The notes beneath the pieces are model-generated. The model made no database searches. It was not told the origin of the DNA and saw only the letters and a program-made list of their open reading frames with translations. From NCBI GenBank assembly GCA_963836755.1, contig CAWIKF010000002.1, positions 1,056,001 to 1,120,000 of the forward strand: a stretch of 64,000 nt of DNA. Reading direction: 5' to 3'. Positions 16,901 to 25,183 of this stretch are shown here, piece after piece (position 1 is the stretch's first letter; each line of letters starts with the position of its first letter). The translations under genes and the position numbers were made by a program. Source of the DNA: an uncultured Verrucomicrobiae bacterium. Its GTDB lineage: Bacteria; Verrucomicrobiota; Verrucomicrobiia; Chthoniobacterales; Chthoniobacteraceae.

Positions 16901-18960
16901 TGGTCGGCCGCGAGCGACTCGATTTGCTTTTGATGATCGCGCTCAGCCTCGACCAATTCCGCCGCGAGCGCCTCGCGTTCGCGATTCACATCGTCGCGCA
17001 ATTGATTGAGCGAAAGAATTTCCTTTTGATGATCCGCGCGCACTGCGCCGAGCTGCTTTGCAAAACCGGCATTCAGCGTCTCGACGGCTTTTTTGTGCTC
17101 ATCGCGCGCCTGGCGCAATTGCGTGTTTGCGATGTCACGCTCGCGGCCGAGCTCGTCGCGCTGTTGCGTGAGCTGCTCGAATTGTTTTTTGTGCTGGTCG
17201 CGCGTTTGCGCCAGCGTTTGCGTGAGATTATCGCGCTCTTTTGAAAGGGCGTCGCGCTGCTGCAAAATCGAGTCGATCGATTTTTTATGATCCTGCGCGA
17301 GCGCGTCGAGCTGCCGCTTGTAATCGGCCGTCAAATTCCGCACCTGCGCCGCGTGATCCTCGCGCGCCTGAGCGAGATGGCCGTTCACCTGATCGCGCTC
17401 CTGTAGCGCCTGCGCGCGCTCGTGCATGAAAGTATCGACGCGCTTTTTGTGGTCCTGCCGCAGCGCCTCGATCTGCTTTGTGTGTTCGGTGGAAAGCGAC
17501 GCGAGCTGCTTACTATAATCCTCGCTCAGCGCCTCGATCTGCTTTTTGTGCGTCTGCCGCAGCGCGTCGGTCTGCTTTTTGTATTCGGACTTTGACTGCG
17601 CGAGCTCCGAGGTCACCGCGTCGCGCTCGCGAACGGCGTTGTCGCGTTCCCAAGTGAACGCCTTGAGATTTTTCTTTTGGTCCTCGAGCGCCTTCGTAAG
17701 CTGCCCGAGCGCGCCATCCTTGCCCGTGACCACGGCCTCGCTGCGATGCGAGAGCGACTCGATTTCCTTGAGATGCGCGGCTTTGATTTGATTGAGCTGA
17801 TCGATCAATTCCTCGCGCTGCTTTGCGACCGCATTGCGCTCAAACGTGACGTTTTCCTGCTGCGCACGGAGCTGGTCGATCTCCTGCCGCAACTGCGCCA
17901 GCGCCTCGTCCTTTTCCTTGATGACCGCATCTTTTTCGCGCGAAAGTCCTTCGAGACGCGCGCGCTGCGCATCGGCATCCGAGTCGTCGCCGGTTGCGAC
18001 AAAAGTTTCACTCTGCTCACGTTTCAAATTGGCGAGCTGCGTGGCGATTTCATCGCGCTGGCGGAACGCCGCATCGCGCTCCTTGCTCAGCGAATCGATC
18101 TGCGCCGTCGCCTCGATCAACTTCTTCGAGAGATCGTCCTTCGCGCGCGCCGCCGCTTCGCGCGAGGTCTTGTCGAGCTGCAACGCCATCATCCGCTCGC
18201 GCACAGATTTCGAGCGCTCGATCGTTTTTTGATCCGGTAAATTTTGAAAAACTTCCGTCAACGGCAGCGGCACGCGGCGCGCTTCATCTACTGGGAAAAA
18301 GTTCCGAAAATCCTCCGGCAGCGCCGCCGTCAAATCCGCGAGCGCGATCTCCACCTTCCCCGTTGCGAGCTGTGGCTCCACGAGCTCGAGCGGCAGCGTC
18401 ACACGCAAATCTTCCGGCACCGCGCGCGTCACATTTTTCCGCAAATCCTCCGGCAGCCCCGCAATGATCGCGCTGAGGCTGAGATGAATTTCGCCGCGCG
18501 ACGGCACATCGAGACCGCCGTTCGTCTCGGCAAAAAACGGCATGTGCCCGCTCAAGATCGCCGCGGGTCCGGTCGCCTGGATCGTGGGCCGGCGCGGCGG
18601 AAACATTTCCGCATCGAGCGGAATGCCGTAGCGAAGATCGCCGCGATTGCGCGTGTCGGTTTTGCGCGTGGAGCCGGAGATTTGACCGACCACTTTTTGC
18701 CACGGGAAAAGCACGTCGATGTCTTCCTTCCCGCCGAGATCGGCTTGAAAAACATCGGGACAAACCTTCGCGAGACGCGAGAGAGGCATCGTCGTTTTTC
18801 CAGTCGCGATATCGCCGGCGAGCTCGCTGACTTTGAAAGAAACTTTCTGCTTCAGATCGTGCGGCCCGGGTTTCAGATAAGCCGGCGGCACCCGCTGCAA
18901 AACGTCGCCCAAGTCTAAAACGATTTCTTTTTCCGGGGGTGCGATTTCGTGATTGCCCAT
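10942..18960 (-). CDS. Giant (2672 aa) coiled-coil protein with duplicated N-terminal globular domain; function unknown
   Basis: Uninterrupted ORF; no Pro or Cys seen after residue 242; rich in A/E/Q/R/L/K/H with 11- and 7-residue periodicity; no signal peptide, TM helix or Walker motif. Confidence 0.93.
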   Translation of the reverse strand: MGNHEIAPPEKEIVLDLGDVLQRVPPAYLKPGPHDLKQKVSFKVSELAGDIATGKTTMPLSRLAKVCPDVFQADLGGKEDIDVLFPWQKVVGQISGSTRKTDTRNRGDLRYGIPLDAEMFPPRRPTIQATGPAAILSGHMPFFAETNGGLDVPSRGEIHLSLSAIIAGLPEDLRKNVTRAVPEDLRVTLPLELVEPQLATGKVEIALADLTAALPEDFRNFFPVDEARRVPLPLTEVFQNLPDQKTIERSKSVRERMMALQLDKTSREAAARAKDDLSKKLIEATAQIDSLSKERDAAFRQRDEIATQLANLKREQSETFVATGDDSDADAQRARLEGLSREKDAVIKEKDEALAQLRQEIDQLRAQQENVTFERNAVAKQREELIDQLNQIKAAHLKEIESLSHRSEAVVTGKDGALGQLTKALEDQKKNLKAFTWERDNAVRERDAVTSELAQSKSEYKKQTDALRQTHKKQIEALSEDYSKQLASLSTEHTKQIEALRQDHKKRVDTFMHERAQALQERDQVNGHLAQAREDHAAQVRNLTADYKRQLDALAQDHKKSIDSILQQRDALSKERDNLTQTLAQTRDQHKKQFEQLTQQRDELGRERDIANTQLRQARDEHKKAVETLNAGFAKQLGAVRADHQKEILSLNQLRDDVNREREALAAELVEAERDHQKQIESLAADHRKHVAALDEDYNKRSTALHAQRDEVIRQRDATTAELAQARDDHKRFVDSLNESHRQKVEALTLEHQQRVNGLSDQRDTAIGERDSLSFQLSQALESHQKQLELLNADHRKHVESLDNQRDQIIAEREQLAAQLIALEEAHKKQFATVRNDHHRQIEILGDDHKKQVAALAQNHDAELNALRAEHEKAAAQLNQQREFVVQEKAQVIAELAQTREDHKKALDAAAVETRRQLDVLGQSHHEKMDALGIAHKREFDLLRTEHQRQLDAAKVQREAVAREKEQVLRELAQARSDHQKALADAQEKTRQQIEALAQAHKRQIEALLADQKKQIEVLTQKFQEQREALGREKDIAFGKLMLAKEDHKKALAAEQEKARLQLEGVELKHRQQLETLHAEHKAEAEALAQKHYEQREAAAREREQILAQFTQAKEEHQAALHAADESSRRQLDALAARHHQQIAELTESHQKNNDALAQKHLQELGALTLEKESAFAQLAQAIDEHKSALQAAEELRAEQLDHLADAHRQQIAALNEDHQKANDMLVQRHQQERAVLTREKEMAFAQLSQAKDEHKQALALAGENARQQLAQLAQSHHEQVETLSANHRGELESLGQKHAAHVAQNDAAHAQQIEALNQQRAEIVREKEQLAAEFAQAREAHAAELATAEEQQRNRIAAIASDFKNQQTALDRKHAEQILALQADSARAEETFQQERAAFAHEKSSLLAVLQRMREEHEQATVDLHGEHEKQLAAVNEQHAAHVATISGEAREHLEALTKQRDEILRERDTASYKLAQAIDAHQKQVDALNTDHARRLGEVTQQRNDLNHEREQLAAQLESTRAEHAAQVEALGAAHQKQLAALHAEQQKKAEHFVQLRMALEHERDDAIAQGARIREEGKQQLEQLARDHQAQRETADANHQAKIEALVAEHRKQADFAEQQRNEIALAKDQLAAAFAHANEGNQQQIDALRHQHEETSREREKVREELAEARANFEKQREQMIAENHRLNGAMALAREQHQKELEEAIAGVRAAAAAELQTVRDEEMHRFDAVAGQRDAALHEREALLEQLKEAAENQKSLDAAARARHDEIAAELATARVAHDHQLSQARKENEKITGELARIRRDYKMQVEELTQQLHGVIRERDETAAHLAAETSRLEQGTQTLRADLEKQIAALDAQRGALQSDRDQLQAELAQAKERTEQFAVAKVEHEAEVSGLRHQRDQFARDLEETRTEMAASTEARTRHISELEQKLHAVEEERAAIQNAREQAEKEHQEQLKSIGEIHRRALLDAEAQREEIAKAADESNHRRTALEEEREALTQARDEALTKLAATAAEFQKQLETAAEEHAKRAIALQHERDEKNDALNKTERELEHAKARLTESAADHQEQLHALSEGHQRALAEATMQREQIEQTARAMNERLATLTQEREALAQAVEESTAQLAEAREQFAKQIDAAAEEHAKRAVALQQEREAIVLAKDEAIANANRDLEALRERLQSELAEVRRDHGAQAEIFAKERDAAAADRDKTLRQLRELRKESKEQADALGKQLYAVFEERAAALAEIDATRDAAEKRITTLNAEFDERVEELAAHRDQLTLRIVQIENSQRQQIENLREDYEKQLAALRESRGQTAREKQEAEAALEKLREDAADAEKALTTERDRIAAQLSQTDSGHKARIAALETELQNKAKALEEINAASREREVALAELQRTADEQKARISSLDSERESAAAEQARLTQEREQLTAQIAALGENHRQQIAALNEDFKKRAEALQAASQQATRERETALASAAKAHAEHERLLAEMESKHGGQISTLSAQRDELDAKHRAVTAELAQQKQLHYDKLDDAKQAYIQELGDLRVQLDKVSRGKDDAKKVSQAISEKQREIENLTRVREQLLAEKNSEAEKARVAQEELAAARQRVSELKEQIATVKRESKLELHAVGENFNALMRERDQAMEQLQKELAAQKEQIARLAGNGDSAA
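15199..16026 (-). repeat. Four tandem 207-nt (69-aa) diverged super-repeats within the giant coiled-coil gene
   Basis: His codons at 16026, 15819, 15612, 15405 and 15198 begin homologous units (HQKALADAQEK, HKKALAAEQEK, HQAALHAADES, HKSALQAAEEL); each unit is 5x11+2x7 aa. Confidence 0.85.
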
Positions 18961-19049
18961 GTCAGGAGTAAATAATGCGCCCGCGCGCAGCGTGATAAAA
19001 CGGGAAAAACCGGCGGTAAGAAAGCATTAAGAGAGACGGCGTCAAGGTT

Positions 19050-20105
19050 TCACACCACGTCCGTCGCGGCAAATTCTGACGGCGCTGCTTCTGCACAAAC
19101 TCCATGCCGCTCGCCAATCCGCCCAATCGCCCACCGTGCATGCTCCGCTATCAGCGGCTCGGCATCATCCGCGGCGCGCGCGAGCGCCGGCAGATCGCGA
19201 GGCGTCCCGACATTGCCGAGCGCCACGCAGACATTGCGCAGAAAGCTGCGGCGCTTGATGCGTTTGATCGGCGATTTGCGAAAAAGTTCGCGGAATCCCG
19301 CGTCGTCCAGCGCGAGATAATCCGCGAGCGAAAGCCCGGTCGTCTCACGGCGCGCTGCAAACGCGCCTTCACGCGAAACCTGCGCGAAGCGGTTCCACGG
19401 ACACACCGTTAAGCAATCGTCACAGCCATAAATCCGGTCGCCGATCAGCGGCCGGAACTCCAGCGGGATGCTGCCTTTGAATTCGATCGTGAGATACGAA
19501 ATGCAGCGGCGCGCATCGAGCGAATGCGGCGCGGTGATCGCGCCGGTCGGGCACGCATCGATGCAGCGCGTGCAACTCCCGCAGCGGTCCGGCTGCGGCA
19601 GATCTGCTTCGATGTCCAACGTCGTCAAAATCTCCGCCAGAAAAAACCAGGTGCCCAGCCGCGGGCTGACGAGCATCGTGCTTTTGCCATGCCAGCCGAG
19701 ACCGGCGCGCGCCGCGAAATCGCGTTCCAAAATCGGCCCGGTGTCCACGTAGCATTTCTGCACGCCGCCGTGCGTTTGCAAAAAAGTGTCGAGCTCGCGC
19801 AGCCGGCTCTCGATCAATTCGTGATAATCCTCGCCCCACGCGTAGCGCGCGATTTTGCCATCCGCGCGCGTCGCGTCGCCCTGGAAATAATTCATCGCCA
19901 GCGCGATCACCGACCGCGCGCCCGGCAAAACTTTCTGCGGATCCGTGCGTCGATCTTTGTTCCGCTCCAGCCACGCCATTTCGCCGGCGCGTCCCTCGCC
20001 AAGCCAGTGGTGAAAGGCATCCGCGTGCGGCGGCGCCTCGCACGGCGCGACGCGACACAGGTCAAATCCGAGCGCTTCCGCGCGCGCGATGAGCAGATCT
20101 TTCAC
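19050..20105 (-). CDS. queG: tRNA epoxyqueuosine(34) reductase
   Basis: ARYAWGEDYH, VDTGPILER, CGSCTRCIDACPT, RCISYLTIE, YGCDDCLTVCPWN. Confidence 0.97.
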   Translation of the reverse strand: MKDLLIARAEALGFDLCRVAPCEAPPHADAFHHWLGEGRAGEMAWLERNKDRRTDPQKVLPGARSVIALAMNYFQGDATRADGKIARYAWGEDYHELIESRLRELDTFLQTHGGVQKCYVDTGPILERDFAARAGLGWHGKSTMLVSPRLGTWFFLAEILTTLDIEADLPQPDRCGSCTRCIDACPTGAITAPHSLDARRCISYLTIEFKGSIPLEFRPLIGDRIYGCDDCLTVCPWNRFAQVSREGAFAARRETTGLSLADYLALDDAGFRELFRKSPIKRIKRRSFLRNVCVALGNVGTPRDLPALARAADDAEPLIAEHARWAIGRIGERHGVCAEAAPSEFAATDVV

Positions 20106-20108
20106 GCG

Positions 20109-20642
20109 CTACTTTTCGCACGAAAAAAAGCGCCGCGCCTCCGAAATCACCGCGTCCGCAATTTCGGTGTGCGAGCGCGTGGAAGTGTCGATCGAAAAAT
20201 GCGCCGCGCTTTCATAAAGCGGTCGCCGCGCCGCGAGCAGCGTCACGACCGTCGCGCGCGGATCGGGCGTGTGCAGCAGCGGCCGCTTCGTCGTGCGCGA
20301 CACGCGCTCAAAAATCACCTCTTCGCTCGCCGTGAGCCAGACCACAAAACTCATCGAGCGCAGCAGCGAAACATTTTCCGCGCGCAGCACAATTCCGCCG
20401 CCGGTCGCGATGATTTGGCGCGACTCATCCGCTCGCGAACGAAGCGCGGCCATTTCCGAATCGCGAAAAAAGTCCTCGCCTTCCGCAGCGAAAATTTCAG
20501 CGATTTCAGCTCCCGTCTGCGCGACGACGAGCTGGTCGATGTCGAAAAAATTCCAGTTCAACTTTCGGGCAATGATTCGGCCAATCGAAGATTTGCCAGT
20601 TCCCATGAAACCAATCAGCGCCACATTTTCCCGCGCGCTCAT
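20109..20642 (-). CDS. aroK: Shikimate kinase
   Basis: LIGFMGTGKS P-loop, GEDFFRDSE, ATGGG, RPLL, RRPLY; start placed at the ATG at 20642. Confidence 0.95.
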   Translation of the reverse strand: MSARENVALIGFMGTGKSSIGRIIARKLNWNFFDIDQLVVAQTGAEIAEIFAAEGEDFFRDSEMAALRSRADESRQIIATGGGIVLRAENVSLLRSMSFVVWLTASEEVIFERVSRTTKRPLLHTPDPRATVVTLLAARRPLYESAAHFSIDTSTRSHTEIADAVISEARRFFSCEK

Positions 20643-20888
20643 GATTTTTGAAATGCCCGGGAAACAGCGCGGCGCCAGCATTTCCGGCCATCGCCATGGG
20701 TTGCAAAGTTGTGCACAGATTTTCTTGCGAGCTGAAGCGGGAGTTTTAAAAAACGGGCTTCAGATTTTGGGGCGCCGCATTTTCTTGCGGGAAAAGTTCC
20801 GCGCGGTCAAGCACCGCCTGCACGGAGAAACCGCAGTGCGCGTTTCGCCTTTACACACTCCGCGCCGTCTCCAAAATCCCGCCTCCAG

Positions 20889-21377
20889 ATGAAACCTTCG
20901 CCGCTCGTCGCCGTCGTCATGGGCAGCAAATCCGATTGGGAAACGATGCGCGCCGCCGTGGAAATTTTGGACCAGCTCGGCGTGCCTGGCGAGCACCGCG
21001 TCGTCAGCGCGCATCGCACGCCCGACTTGATGGCGCAGTTCGCAAAAGAGGCAGCGTCGCGTGGAGTCAAAGTGATCATCGCCGGCGCGGGCGGCGCGGC
21101 GCATTTGCCCGGCATGATCGCGGCGCAAACGTGGCTGCCGGTGCTCGGCGTGCCGATCGAGAGCCGCGCGCTCAAAGGGCTCGACTCGCTTTTGTCCATC
21201 GCGCAAATGCCCGGAGGCATCCCCGTCGGCACGCTCGCGATCGGCCCAGCCGGCGCGAAGAATGCCGCGCTGCTTGCCGCGAGCATCCTCGCGCTGACCG
21301 ACGAAAAAGTTCGCGCGTCCTTGCAAAAATTCCGCGAGCGGCAAACAGCCGAATCACTTGCCTCGAAGCTCGAATGA
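20889..21377 (+). CDS. purE: N5-carboxyaminoimidazole ribonucleotide mutase
   Basis: [37 protein letters not shown]. Confidence 0.98.
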   Translation: MKPSPLVAVVMGSKSDWETMRAAVEILDQLGVPGEHRVVSAHRTPDLMAQFAKEAASRGVKVIIAGAGGAAHLPGMIAAQTWLPVLGVPIESRALKGLDSLLSIAQMPGGIPVGTLAIGPAGAKNAALLAASILALTDEKVRASLQKFRERQTAESLASKLE

Positions 21378-22522
21378 CGAGCCCGCGCGTTTTTCTGCCC
21401 GGCACCAAAATCGGCGTGATGGGCGGTGGCCAGCTCGGCCGCATGTTTGCCATCGAGGCGCGCAAAATGGGCTACCGCGTTCACACGTTCAGCCCCGGCG
21501 AGGACACCCCGACCGGCCAGCTCGCCGACTGCGAAGTGGCCGGCTCCTACGGCGATGAAGCGGCGGTGAAAAAGTTTGCGCAGGGCATCGATGTGCTCAC
21601 GTTTGAATTCGAAAATATTCCCGCGCGCACCATCGAATGGTGCGCGGAATTTTGCGAAGTGAGGCCATCGGGAAAGATTTTGCACATCGCGCAGAACCGG
21701 CTCCGCGAGAAGGAATTTCTCGATCAAGCAGGGCTGCCGCTGCCCGCGTTCATCGCCGTCGGCAGCGCAGGAGAACTCGCAGCCGCGGTCAACGAAGTCG
21801 GCACAAATGCAGTTTTAAAAACGGCAAGTTTTGGCTACGACGGTAAAGGTCAGCACAAACTTTCACCCGGCGAAGATCTCGCGGCCGCGTGGTCGCCTTT
21901 CGCTCAAACCGGTGCGGTGCTCGAGCAGTTCGTCGATTTTCAAAAAGAAATTTCCGTCCTCGTCGCGCGCGGCGCGGACGGCGCAAAGGTGACGTATCCC
22001 GTCTGCGAAAATGTGCATCGCAACCACATCCTCGACGTGACCGTTGTTCCCGCGAACGTCAGCGACGCGATCGAAAAATCCGCGCGCGAACTCGCGCTCA
22101 CCATCGCCGAAAAACTCGAGCTTGTCGGATTGCTGGCGGTCGAAATGTTTTTACGGCCTGACAACACGTTGCTGATCAACGAACTCGCGCCGCGTCCGCA
22201 CAACTCCGGGCATTTCAGCTTCGACGCGTGCATCACGAGCCAGTTCGAGCAACAACTCCGCGCGGTGTGCGGACTGCCGCTCGGCTCGACCGAATTGCTG
22301 CGGTCGTGCGCGATGGCAAACCTGCTCGGCGAGCTTTGGGAGAAGGGCGAGCCCGATTGGAAAGCCGCGCTTCAAATCCCGGATGTCAAACTTCATCTAT
22401 ACGGAAAAACTGAGCCGCGCGCCGGCAGAAAAATGGGTCATCTAACTGCGTTCGGTGCGAATACGGACGAAGCCGCCCGACGTGTGCGCGCCGCGCGCGA
22501 AGCGTTGACGGAACACCAGTGA
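21374..22522 (+). CDS. purK: N5-carboxyaminoimidazole ribonucleotide synthase
   Basis: ATG overlaps the purE stop (ATGA); [38 protein letters not shown]. Confidence 0.97.
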   Translation: MTSPRVFLPGTKIGVMGGGQLGRMFAIEARKMGYRVHTFSPGEDTPTGQLADCEVAGSYGDEAAVKKFAQGIDVLTFEFENIPARTIEWCAEFCEVRPSGKILHIAQNRLREKEFLDQAGLPLPAFIAVGSAGELAAAVNEVGTNAVLKTASFGYDGKGQHKLSPGEDLAAAWSPFAQTGAVLEQFVDFQKEISVLVARGADGAKVTYPVCENVHRNHILDVTVVPANVSDAIEKSARELALTIAEKLELVGLLAVEMFLRPDNTLLINELAPRPHNSGHFSFDACITSQFEQQLRAVCGLPLGSTELLRSCAMANLLGELWEKGEPDWKAALQIPDVKLHLYGKTEPRAGRKMGHLTAFGANTDEAARRVRAAREALTEHQ

Positions 22523-23587
22523 TCACACAACTGCTCCCGGCCGCGGATCCAGCCACCATCGGCCCTGCAGTCAATTTGCTCGCAGCCGGCGAGGTCGTCG
22601 CGCTTCCGACTGAAACGGTTTACGGACTCGCGGCAGACGCGCTGCGGGCCGAAGCGGCCGCCAAAATTTTCGAAGCAAAAGAGCGCCCATTTTTTGACCC
22701 GCTCATCGTTCATTTGCCATCGCGCCACTGGCTTGAAAAAATCGCGACCGTTCCGGAGCGGAGCAAAGTTTTGGTCGATGCGTTGATCGAAAAATTCTGG
22801 CCAGGGCCGCTCACCCTCGTGCTGCCGCGGCAAAAAATTGTGCCCGATCTTGTCACCGCTGGACTCGACACGGTGGCCGTGCGGATGAGCTCGCATCCAG
22901 TTTTTCAAAACGTCATCGAGCGTTTCGGAAAGCCGCTCGCCGCGCCGAGCGCAAATCGCTTTGGGCGGATCAGCCCAACCGCGGCGGGTCATGTTTTCGC
23001 GGAGTTAAACAACCGGATTCCGCTGATCGTTGACGCCGGGACGACGCAGCACGGAATCGAATCGACGATTCTCGCAGTCGAAGGCGGCGAACTGCGCTTG
23101 CTGCGCGCCGGGCCGATCACGCCCGAGGAAATCGGCGGCGTCTGGCAAAGCGTTTGCAAGCGGCAAAAATTTGCGCCGACCGAGAAGGACGTGAATGCCT
23201 TTTTCGAAAAGCTCGGCGTTTCTTTTCGGGCAATGTTGCGCGGCGCGCATGACACCCGGATCGAGGCGCCAGGCCAGTTGCAGAGCCATTACGCGCCGCG
23301 CACACCGCTGCGTTTGCTCGCACTCGGTGCGCACGCGCGGGTTTATGAAAAAGTTCGCGCGGGCTATCTGGCGTGGGAATCGGCGCCAAAAGAAAATTGT
23401 TTTTGCGCCATCGAAATTCTCAGCGAATCCGGAGATTTTCGCGAAGCGGCGGCGACGTTTGTTCGCAAAGCTGCGCAAATTGGACGACGCGAAACTCGAC
23501 GTGATTTTCGCGGATTGCGTGCCGGAGCGCGGGCTGGGCATTGCGATTATGGATCGTTTGCGCAAAGCTGCCGCCCCAAATTCATGA
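22519..23587 (+). CDS. sua5: L-threonylcarbamoyladenylate synthase, Sua5-type (YrdC + SUA5 domain); one apparent +1 frameshift at about 23458-23460
   Basis: PTETVYGL, KERPFFDPLIVH, FWPGPLT, APSANRFG, SHYAP; removing one T restores ATLFAKLRKLD...GLGIAIMDRLRKAA and a stop at 23587. Confidence 0.88.
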
Positions 23588-25183
23588 GCGACTCGGATCG
23601 AAAATTCAGCGCGAAATCCGCCGGCGTCGTCGGCATCGCCGTCATGTGCTCGCGCGTGCTCGGGCTTGTGCGCGAGCTGGTTTTTGCGGCGCTGTTCGGC
23701 GCTGGTTTCAAAATGGACGCGTTCGTCGCCGCGTTTCGCGCGCCAAATTTGCTGCGCGATCTTTTTGCCGAGGGCGCTCTCTCTACCGCGTTTGTGACGA
23801 CTTTTTCAAAAAAAATCGCGACGGAAGGCGACGAGTCTGCGTGGAAGCTGGCGAACAAGGTTGCGACTTTGACGGTGATTTTCATGAGCTTTGTCACGCT
23901 GCTGGGAATCATTTTCGCGCCGCAGCTGATGTTTTTGCTCGCGCACGGATTTGAGGCGGAGCCGGGAAAGTTCCAGCTCGCGGTGCTGCTCACGCGGATC
24001 ATGTTTCCGTTCATCTTGATGGTGTCGCTGTCGGCGCTCGTCATGGGAATGCTGAACGCGAAGCACGTCTTCGGCATGCCCGCGCTGGCGTCGAGTTTCT
24101 TCAATCTCGGCTCGATCGTCGGCGGCGCTGCGCTCGGCTGGCTGATGGATCCGCACTTCGGCACCCGTTCGCTCATCGGGCTGTCGATCGGCACGTTGAT
24201 CGGCGGATTTTTGCAGCTCGTCGTGCAATTTCCGGCGCTGCGCAAAGTGCGTTTTCGTTTTCGTCCGGACTTTGTCTGGCGCGATGAGGGCGTGCGGCAG
24301 GTGCTTTTATTAATGGGTCCCGCGGTCATCGCGGCGAGCGCGGTGCAGGTGAATGTAATGGTCAACGGCAACTTCGCATCGCATCTCGGCAACGGCCCGG
24401 TGAGCTGGCTCAACTACGCGTTTCGGTTGATGCAATTGCCGATTGGGATTTTCGGCGTTGCGCTCGGGACAGTGACGCTGCCGGCGATCTCGCGCAGCGC
24501 TGCGATGGGCGACACGGCGCAGTTGCGCAGCACGCTCGCCCATGCGTTGAAGCTCGCATTTTTGCTGACGATCCCGTGCGCGATCGGGCTGATCTTTTTC
24601 TCCGAACCGATCATCTCGCTCATTTTTCAGCGCGGTCGATTCACTTTTGATTCGACGCTGCAAACGGCGGCGGCATTGAGATTTTACGCCATCGGTCTCG
24701 TCGCCTACGCCGGAATCAAAGTGCTGGCGCCGGCGTTTTACGCGATCGACAAGCGCTACGCTCCGATGCTCGTGAGTTTTTTTTCCATCGCGACGAATTG
24801 GTATTTGAACCAGCTCTTCACCTTCAAACTTGGCTACGGTCATCGCGGTCTCGCGCTCTCGACCGGCTTCGTCGCTTCGATCAATTTCGTGATCCTTTTT
24901 CTGATGATGTCGCATCATGTGAAAGGGCTGGAGGCATTTTCGCTGTTTAAAACGATATTTAAAATCCTGCTGGCCAGCTCATTATTGGCCGCCGTTTGCT
25001 CACTTTCGCGAAAAGTTGCTCTTCGTGAATCTCGCGACGATGCACTTTTTGCCGAAGCTCTTGGCAGTGCCGATGACCATCGGCGTCGCGGGCGTGGTTT
25101 TTTTCGCCGGGGTTTACTTCCTAAAAGTGGACGAAGTGCATGAGCTGAGCACGCTGCTGCGCCGCAGATTTTTGAAACGATGA
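23584..25183 (+). CDS. murJ: Lipid II flippase MurJ (MviN); apparent +1 frameshift at about 25011-25014 near the C-terminus
   Basis: ATG overlaps the corrected sua5 stop; SRVLGLVRE, AFRAPNLLRDLFAEGALSTAFV, YAFRLMQLPIG; removing one A restores a final TM segment ending at an ATGA overlap with gdh. Confidence 0.92.

Noticed and set aside
15199..17600. CRISPR array or DNA-level tandem repeat
   Set aside because: The repeats are diverged, in frame and conserved at protein level; there are no identical repeats with spacers and no cas genes.
10981..18918. Many plus-strand ORFs opposite the giant gene
   Set aside because: Antisense shadows of a repetitive, GC-rich coding strand; no recognisable motifs.
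10763..18960. Genomic island or prophage integrated at tRNA-Pro
   Set aside because: No integrase, no duplicated tRNA 3' end, host-like composition, and the giant gene lies upstream of the tRNA 5' end.
10942..18960. SMC/SbcC or phage tape-measure identity for the giant protein
   Set aside because: No Walker A/B, signature motif or hinge; the ATGK motifs lack GxxxxGK context; no phage genes, TM segments or Gly/Trp-rich repeats.
20936..21373. Long N-terminal extensions on purK (and likewise pgl, fabG, glgC, fba, bioF, dac, cutA and the NtrC-type gene)
   Set aside because: The track uses the most upstream start; the extensions overlap neighbouring genes or lack family similarity.
22519..25143. 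Genuine 874-aa Sua5-MurJ fusion as listed in the ORF track
   Set aside because: Better explained by single-base insertions; correction restores both canonical C-termini and two ATGA overlaps.
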